Of a stretch of DNA of 64,000 bases, positions 58,273-64,000 are shown in pieces (the first letter of the stretch is position 1; every line of letters begins with the position of its first letter). A program made the position numbers and the translations under genes. The stretch is from Comamonadaceae bacterium (GTDB taxonomy: Bacteria > Pseudomonadota > Gammaproteobacteria > Burkholderiales > Burkholderiaceae_C). The notes beneath the pieces were generated by a model. It saw only the letters and a program-made list of their open reading frames with translations. It did not search any database and was not told where the DNA came from. The stretch spans positions 16,595 to 80,594 of the forward strand of contig CANFLU010000004.1 in the NCBI GenBank assembly GCA_947447975.1. The letters are read 5' to 3'.

Positions 58273-59685
58273 TCAGGTCGGAGCGGGTAAGTCTCGCGGC
58301 AAGGACTGCAGTAACTTAACGTGGATGCCGCCAAAGCCCCCGTTGCTCATGCACACAATATGGTCGCCCGGTTGCACCACGCCACACAATTGCGATACGA
58401 GCGTATCGACCGATGCGGCAACGTGGGCGCGCGCCCCCATGGAGGCCAATGCCTCATGCGCGTCCCAAGCCAAACCGCCGCTATGGCAAAAAGCCAGGTC
58501 CGCCTCCTCCAGACTCCAGGGCAATTGCGCTTTCATGGCGCCAAGCTTCATGGTATTGGAGCGAGGCTCGAAAACCGCCAAAATCCGTGCGGCACCCACC
58601 TGCCGGCGCAAGCCATCCAGCGTGGTGCGTATGGCGGTGGGGTGATGTGCAAAATCGTCATATACCGTCACGACGGGCGCAGTCGGATCGCCCGCCAGTG
58701 TCACCCGTCCGCGCACTTCCATACGGCGTTTAACATTTTCAAACTGCTGCAATGCCAGCGCCGCGCGCGCCGGGCTCACGCCCAGGTGTTCTGCCGCCGC
58801 GATAGCGGCCAGTGCATTGAGCTGGTTGTGCACGCCGCCCAAGTTCCAGCGCACGCGTGCGACCGACACGCCTTGTTGCAGCACAGCGAAATCTTCTGGG
58901 TCGCCTTGTGCGGTGAAATCGCTCACCGCCGCACCAAAACTGCGTACCTCGCTCCAGCAACCCATTTGCAGCACGCGGGCAAGACTTTCCTCCAAACCGT
59001 TAACCAGTACCCGCCCATTGGATGGCACCGTGCGCAATAAATGGTGGAACTGCCGCTCAATAGCCTGCAGATTGTCAAAAATGTCGGCGTGGTCGAATTC
59101 CAGGTTATTCAAAATCGCAGTGCGCGGCCGGTAATGCACAAACTTGCTGCGTTTGTCGAAAAAAGCCGTGTCGTATTCGTCCGCTTCAATCACAAACGGA
59201 GCGCCTTGCCCTAGCCGTGCGGATACCCCGAAGTTCAGTGGCACGCCACCGACCAGAAAGCCCGGCTTAAGGCCTGCATGTTCCAAAATCCAACTCAGCA
59301 TGGCCGTGGTCGTAGTTTTGCCATGCGTACCGGCGACTGCCAAAACATGGCGACCCGCCAAAAGCTGCTCCGCCAGCCACTGCGGGCCGCTGGTGTAACG
59401 CAGGCCCTGGTCCAGAATCGCTTCCATCAGAGGAAATTGGGCGCTGCCGTCGGTCTGGCGCGCACGGCTGACCACATTGCCCACCACATACAGGTCTGGC
59501 GCCAGGGACGTCTGGTCTGCACCAAAGCCCTGCATTACCTCGATGCCCAAATCGCGTAATTGCTCGCTCATGGGAGGGTATACACCGGCATCGCACCCCG
59601 TCACCCGGTGGCCTGCCTCTCGAGCCAGGGCTGCCAGCCCGCCCATAAACGTGCCGCAAATCCCCAATATGTGTATATGCATCAA
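58273..59685 (-). CDS. mpl: UDP-N-acetylmuramate:L-alanyl-gamma-D-glutamyl-meso-diaminopimelate ligase (murein peptide recycling)
   Basis: MHIHILGICGTFMGGLAALA and [10 protein letters not shown]. It is MurC-like but has the Mpl-type N-terminus. Confidence 0.92.
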   Translation of the reverse strand: MMHIHILGICGTFMGGLAALAREAGHRVTGCDAGVYPPMSEQLRDLGIEVMQGFGADQTSLAPDLYVVGNVVSRARQTDGSAQFPLMEAILDQGLRYTSGPQWLAEQLLAGRHVLAVAGTHGKTTTTAMLSWILEHAGLKPGFLVGGVPLNFGVSARLGQGAPFVIEADEYDTAFFDKRSKFVHYRPRTAILNNLEFDHADIFDNLQAIERQFHHLLRTVPSNGRVLVNGLEESLARVLQMGCWSEVRSFGAAVSDFTAQGDPEDFAVLQQGVSVARVRWNLGGVHNQLNALAAIAAAEHLGVSPARAALALQQFENVKRRMEVRGRVTLAGDPTAPVVTVYDDFAHHPTAIRTTLDGLRRQVGAARILAVFEPRSNTMKLGAMKAQLPWSLEEADLAFCHSGGLAWDAHEALASMGARAHVAASVDTLVSQLCGVVQPGDHIVCMSNGGFGGIHVKLLQSLPRDLPAPT

Positions 59686-59957
59686 GGAATTTTACCGGTC
59701 ACCGATAATGGGATGTGTGATCCCCGCGCTCGCCATTGGACCAAGTCGAGCGCACCCGCACCCTATGGCGTAAGAGAAAACATACCTGCCATCCAGGCCG
59801 CGAGGCCGCCTACCAGCTTCGCATGATGCTTGCAGCGACGTGCTGGGGTGCATCATCCTGGCGCTGACGCCCTGCACGGTCTGTTCGCGGCCCCGAGTAG
59901 CCTGCGTTTTGACCCCAAGCGGCATCCGCCATCGCATCGTCGGAGCACAATGCGGCC

Positions 59958-60560
59958 ATGGATAGCATCAAAGCGGAAATAGCGGCAGTGGCGGCACGCT
60001 CGGTTGTGGAGGATGGGCTGGACTTCAGTGCAGCCAAGCTCCTTGCGGCCCAGCAACTCGGTCTCTCGTCCCGCCATGGCCTGCCCGACCACGACACCAT
60101 GGAGCAGGCGGTACAAGACTACATCGCCATTTTTTGCGCTGAAAGCCAGGCGCAAGAACTTTTGATACTGCGCGGCATCGCCTTGGACTGGATGGAACGA
60201 CTCGCCCGCTTTCAGCCCCATGTAGGCGGCGCAGTCTGGCGTGGCACGGCCACGCGCCACTCAGACATTTACCTGCAATTGTTCTGCGAAGACTCCAAAA
60301 TAGCCGAAATTACCTTGATTGATATGGACGTGCGTTTTCAGGCTAGCCAGGTAAGCGGCTTGCATGGGGATAGGGTGGATGCACTCAGTGTGCAAGTCTG
60401 GTGTGCAGATTTCAAATCTTATCTAGGCCTGCACTTGCTGGTCAATGATCTCGATGGCATCCGTGGCGCGCTGCAATCGGACGTGCACGGACGGCGCTGG
60501 CGGGGTGACGCCAAGGCCTTGCGCGCTTTGATGGAGAATGGGCGTCATGCAGCCAAATGA
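59958..60560 (+). CDS. hypothetical protein (weak resemblance to minimal nucleotidyltransferase fold)
   Basis: 200-aa ORF divergent from mpl. The only recognisable pattern is VWRGTATRHSDIYLQLF, resembling the G-x-SDID-L motif of MNT-type nucleotidyltransferases with the second Asp replaced by Tyr. Confidence 0.55.
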   Translation: MDSIKAEIAAVAARSVVEDGLDFSAAKLLAAQQLGLSSRHGLPDHDTMEQAVQDYIAIFCAESQAQELLILRGIALDWMERLARFQPHVGGAVWRGTATRHSDIYLQLFCEDSKIAEITLIDMDVRFQASQVSGLHGDRVDALSVQVWCADFKSYLGLHLLVNDLDGIRGALQSDVHGRRWRGDAKALRALMENGRHAAK

Positions 60561-61089
60561 TGTACCCGTAAGCCCGCCGAGACGGCGCTGGGCGCTGGGA
60601 GCCCTAGCAGCGACCGCCCTGGGCGCAGGTATTGGCGCATCCTGGTGGCGCAATCGGCCGGCGCAGGAAGCGGTACCCGCCGGTGTGTGGACACGACAAT
60701 GGACCAGTCCCCAAGGCCCAATTTTTGGCATGCAGCGCTTTCAAGGGCATCCGCTACTGGTCAATTTCTGGGCCACCTGGTGTCCGCCGTGTATTGAGGA
60801 ATTGCCCTTAATTGAAGCCTTCTACCTTCAAAATAAGGCTAATGGTTGGCAAGTTCTTGGATTAGCAGTAGACAAGCCCGAACGGGTACAAAGTTTTCTC
60901 AAGACCAGTCCGCTGTCCTTTGCGATTGGCATGGCTGGGCTTGACGGTACTGAACTGAGCCGGGAGTTGGGTAATTTAACGGGGAGTCTGCCCTTTACCG
61001 TCGTATTTTCCGGCGATGGCCAGATCGCACAGCGCAAGCTTGGACGCATAACGCAACAAGACCTAGACCAGTGGCGTGGTTTAAGATAG
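60538..61089 (+). CDS. TlpA-family thiol:disulfide oxidoreductase (periplasmic thioredoxin-like)
   Basis: Contains [13 protein letters not shown]. The N-terminal export signal has a twin-Arg ([19 protein letters not shown]). It overlaps the upstream ORF by 23 nt, or by 14 nt if ATG 60547 is used. Confidence 0.85.
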   Translation: MGVMQPNDVPVSPPRRRWALGALAATALGAGIGASWWRNRPAQEAVPAGVWTRQWTSPQGPIFGMQRFQGHPLLVNFWATWCPPCIEELPLIEAFYLQNKANGWQVLGLAVDKPERVQSFLKTSPLSFAIGMAGLDGTELSRELGNLTGSLPFTVVFSGDGQIAQRKLGRITQQDLDQWRGLR

Positions 61090-61249
61090 GGGCTGGAACG
61101 GTCAAATGTGCCAATCGCCTGATGCTGCACGATCTATAAATTTAGCCCGCGTTAGAATATTTTTAATATCTTTTAGCAAATTTAAAGTATTTTTAACCTA
61201 TTTGAAGGGTGGCGTCGCCACCGCGCCTCGTCAAATACAAGGAGGACCC

Positions 61250-61720
61250 ATGGATTTACGTAAACTCAAGACCCTGATCGACTTGGTCTCGGATTCCAAT
61301 GTCTCCGAACTGGAGATTACCGAGCCCGAAGGCAAGGTAAGGATTGTCAAAGGATCGCAAGCGGTCGTCCATAGCTATGCGCCAGCCCCGGCGCAGGCCA
61401 TGGCCGCGGCGCCGCAAAGTCAGAATGCACCCCAGGCGGCAGCGCTGGCAGCACCTGTGGAAGCTTCCGTAGCGGAGTCCAGCGAACTGCACACCGTCAA
61501 ATCGCCGATGGTTGGCACGTTCTACCGATCCTCTTCACCCGGGGCCAAGCCCTTCGTGGAAGTGGGGGACATGGTCAAAGAGGGCGATACGATCTGCATT
61601 ATTGAAGCCATGAAGATTCTCAATGAGATTGAAGCGGACAAATCCGGCAAAGTAGTCCAAGTAATGTGCGAGAACGGTCAGGCTGTGGAGTACGGGCAAG
61701 CCCTGCTCACGATCGAATAA
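61250..61720 (+). CDS. accB: acetyl-CoA carboxylase biotin carboxyl carrier protein
   Basis: [23 protein letters not shown]..., an Ala/Pro linker, and the biotinylation motif [14 protein letters not shown] is AAGGAGGA. The ORF-track start 61106 was rejected. Confidence 0.95.
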   Translation: MDLRKLKTLIDLVSDSNVSELEITEPEGKVRIVKGSQAVVHSYAPAPAQAMAAAPQSQNAPQAAALAAPVEASVAESSELHTVKSPMVGTFYRSSSPGAKPFVEVGDMVKEGDTICIIEAMKILNEIEADKSGKVVQVMCENGQAVEYGQALLTIE

Positions 61721-61729
61721 CGCCAAGCC

Positions 61730-63079
61730 ATGTTTAAAAAAATTCTGATTGCCAACCGTGGCGAGATCGCGCTGCGTATCCAGCGTGCCTGCCGCGAGTT
61801 GGGCGTTCGCGCGGTGATGGTGTATTCCGAAGCCGACCGCGACGCGAAATACGTACGCCTGGCTGAGGAAGCCGTATGTATCGGGCCTGCGGCATCGAGC
61901 CTGAGCTATCTCAATATGCCGGCCATTATTTCGGCCGCCGAGGTGACGGACGCTGAGGCCATCCATCCCGGGTATGGCTTTTTAAGCGAAAACGCCGATT
62001 TTGCCGAGCGGGTAGAAAAAAGTGGCTTCCAATTCATCGGGCCTACGCCTGACTCCATCCGCATCATGGGTGACAAGGTATCGGCTAAGCAGGCCATGAT
62101 TCGCGCCGGCGTACCCTGCGTGCCCGGCTCCGAGGGCGAGTTACCCGATGACCCGGTGCAAATCCGCCGCATTGCAAAAAGCGTGGGGTATCCGGTCATC
62201 ATCAAGGCCGCTGGCGGTGGCGGCGGTCGTGGCATGCGGGTAGTGCATACCGAAGCGGCGCTGATCAATGCCGTGGCCATGACCAAGGCGGAGGCCGGTG
62301 CGGCCTTTGGCAATCCTGCGGTGTATATGGAAAAATTCCTCCAAAACCCGCGCCACATTGAAATCCAGATTCTGGCCGACTCCTTTAAAAATGCGGTGTA
62401 TTTGGGCGAGCGCGATTGCTCTATGCAAAGGCGGCATCAAAAGATTCTGGAGGAGGCGCCCGCGCCCGGCATCAACCGCAAGCTGATCGAACGCATCGGT
62501 GAGCGCTGCGTGACCGCCTGCAAAAAAATGGGCTACCGCGGCGCCGGTACTTTTGAGTTTCTATACGAGGCGGGTGAGTTTTATTTCATCGAGATGAACA
62601 CTCGCGTACAAGTGGAACATCCGGTGACGGAGATGATCACTGGCGTCGACATTGTCAAGACGCAAATTATGGTAGCGGCAGGGGAAAAACTGCCCTTTAC
62701 CCAACGCCAAATCACGATTTCCGGCCATGCCATCGAATGTCGTATCAACGCCGAAGATGCCTTCAAGTTCACACCTTCGCCCGGTCGTATCACGACCTGG
62801 CACGCGCCCGGCGGGCCCGGTGTGCGGGTGGATTCGCATATTTATTCCAATTATTTTGTGCCGCCCTATTACGACTCGATGATCGGCAAACTCATTGTCC
62901 ATGGCGACACGCGTGAGCAAGCGCTGGCACGCATGCGCACCGCTTTGCTTGAAACCGCCGTAGAGGGCATCAGCACCAATATCCCCTTGCATCGCGAGCT
63001 CATGGTTGACGCAAAGTTCATGGCGGGCGGCACCAATATTCACTATCTGGAGCATTGGCTTGAACAGCACAAGCGCTGA
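61730..63079 (+). CDS. accC: acetyl-CoA carboxylase biotin carboxylase subunit
   Basis: [17 protein letters not shown]... with an ATP-grasp domain and [14 protein letters not shown]. Confidence 0.97.
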   Translation: MFKKILIANRGEIALRIQRACRELGVRAVMVYSEADRDAKYVRLAEEAVCIGPAASSLSYLNMPAIISAAEVTDAEAIHPGYGFLSENADFAERVEKSGFQFIGPTPDSIRIMGDKVSAKQAMIRAGVPCVPGSEGELPDDPVQIRRIAKSVGYPVIIKAAGGGGGRGMRVVHTEAALINAVAMTKAEAGAAFGNPAVYMEKFLQNPRHIEIQILADSFKNAVYLGERDCSMQRRHQKILEEAPAPGINRKLIERIGERCVTACKKMGYRGAGTFEFLYEAGEFYFIEMNTRVQVEHPVTEMITGVDIVKTQIMVAAGEKLPFTQRQITISGHAIECRINAEDAFKFTPSPGRITTWHAPGGPGVRVDSHIYSNYFVPPYYDSMIGKLIVHGDTREQALARMRTALLETAVEGISTNIPLHRELMVDAKFMAGGTNIHYLEHWLEQHKR

Positions 63080-63086
63080 GGCCAGT

Positions 63087-63968
63087 CTGTATGAATTGCG
63101 CCTGGTGTGCCCGCAAAGCCAGGTCGAATCCCTTAGCGATGCCTTACAAGCGCTGGACGCTCTGAGTGTCAGTGTGGAAGATGCAGACGCGCATACTGAC
63201 GCGGAACAGGCCTTGTTTGGTGAACCGGGCATGCCTGCGCCGAGGGACGGGTGGGAACGCTCGGTGGTACTGGCGCTCTTTAGCGACCAAAGCCAGGCGC
63301 TAGAGGCCAGCCGGATATTGCAAGCACAAGCATTTTTTGACGGTTGTACGCTGCAAGGTGTGTCTGCGATCGCGGACCAGGACTGGGTACGACTGACGCA
63401 AGCACAGTTTACGCCGTTGGAAATCACGCAGAATTTTTGGATCGTACCCAGCTGGCACCAACTCCCGCCCGCCGCCATTCACAGCATCGTGCTCGACCCC
63501 GGGCTGGCCTTTGGCACCGGAACCCACCCCACCACGCGTATGTGCCTAAGTTGGATCGCCCGCAATGCGCTACCCGACACGGTTTTGGACTATGGCTGTG
63601 GGTCAGGTATTTTGGCTATCGCTGCAGCCAAATTCGGCGCCCGCGAAGTATGCGCGGTGGACATCGATCCAGCGGCTGTGCAAGCCACGCTGGAAAATTC
63701 CACGAACAATCGTGTTGCGCTAAGCGCTGGTTTACCTGACGTGGCCGCTGGCCGCTACGCCTTGGTGGTTGCCAATATTCTGTCCTCGCCTTTGAAAGTG
63801 CTCGCCCCGCTGTTGTGCAGCCTGACGCAAAGCGGCGGCCGCTTGCTTTTGTCCGGCATATTGGAGCGGCAAGCAGAGGAATTACAAGCCGCCTATGCAC
63901 ACTATTGCCAACTGCAGGTCGTGGATAGCCAAGATGGCTGGATCCTGATGAGTGCGACTTTGGAGTAA
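63087..63968 (+). CDS. prmA: ribosomal protein L11 methyltransferase
   Basis: (L)YELRLVCPQSQVESLSDAL..., GLAFGTGTHPTT and DYGCGSGILAIAA. The start is uncertain: in-frame candidates after the accC stop are CTG 63087, TTG 63096 and GTG 63105. The ORF-track TTG 63006 would overlap accC by 74 nt. Confidence 0.88.
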   Translation: MYELRLVCPQSQVESLSDALQALDALSVSVEDADAHTDAEQALFGEPGMPAPRDGWERSVVLALFSDQSQALEASRILQAQAFFDGCTLQGVSAIADQDWVRLTQAQFTPLEITQNFWIVPSWHQLPPAAIHSIVLDPGLAFGTGTHPTTRMCLSWIARNALPDTVLDYGCGSGILAIAAAKFGAREVCAVDIDPAAVQATLENSTNNRVALSAGLPDVAAGRYALVVANILSSPLKVLAPLLCSLTQSGGRLLLSGILERQAEELQAAYAHYCQLQVVDSQDGWILMSATLE

Positions 63969-64000
63969 AAAGTCCACCCTGATGGGGGCGCCGACGTCAC

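Noticed and set aside
58220-58276. Nested inverted repeats between the DAHP synthase and mpl 3' ends (CTGAGGGC...GCCCTCAG enclosing GCGGG-cagaa-CCCGC), considered as a bidirectional terminator.
   Set aside because: No T-tract follows the stems on either strand. The T-run lies on the wrong (5') side for plus-strand transcripts. It is not reported as a terminator.
1-64000. Search by eye for tRNA, rRNA or tmRNA genes, CRISPR repeats, integrases, toxin-antitoxin pairs or defence-system genes.
   Set aside because: None was recognised. Every ORF of substantial length is accounted for by housekeeping or envelope functions. The only mobile-element-related gene is the domesticated RayT.

Overview
This is a core chromosomal segment, about 60% GC, from a betaproteobacterium. 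The gene order and proteins look like Burkholderiales, possibly Comamonadaceae, but that taxon call is my inference. Almost all of it is densely packed housekeeping genes. Reading left to right: the start of gltB (cut by the window edge) and a REP-associated tyrosine transposase (RayT). Next is a long minus-strand run, pilMNOPQ-aroK-aroB-dgt-DUF1415-methyltransferase, which is divergent from PBP1A (mrcA). Then come cyaY / lptM-lysA, msrQP, cytochrome c4 and engB. An envelope/LPS block follows: two tandem lipid A late acyltransferases, metK, a GT9 glycosyltransferase, GtrA, an ArnT/PMT-like GT-C enzyme, and a convergent pair made of a sialidase-fold BNR protein and a polytopic membrane protein. 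After that are pirin, a COG0523 GTPase and dksA. The complete dcw cluster runs from mraZ to ftsZ and lpxC. The window ends with ruvC, mtgA, an RNB ribonuclease, rodA, tldD, a DAHP synthase, mpl, a hypothetical gene, a TlpA-like thioredoxin, accBC and prmA. I saw no rRNA, tRNA, CRISPR array, integrase or phage module. The signals I consider most worth following up are: (1) an unannotated 22-codon Phe/Tyr/Trp-rich leader ORF plus an intrinsic terminator in front of the DAHP synthase gene, a candidate aromatic attenuator; (2) a translationally coupled sialidase-fold plus membrane-protein pair inside the LPS block, reminiscent of two-component Kdo hydrolases; (3) a dksA with a Lys/Ala/Pro-rich N-terminal extension that is split by a frame change, has lost the Cys4 zinc finger, and sits next to a COG0523 gene; (4) four 10-bp-phased AAGTG boxes upstream of mraZ and a 16-bp exact direct repeat further upstream; (5) REP-like motifs flanking RayT. 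All functional calls come from reading the translated ORFs and recognising motifs. No database search was run.
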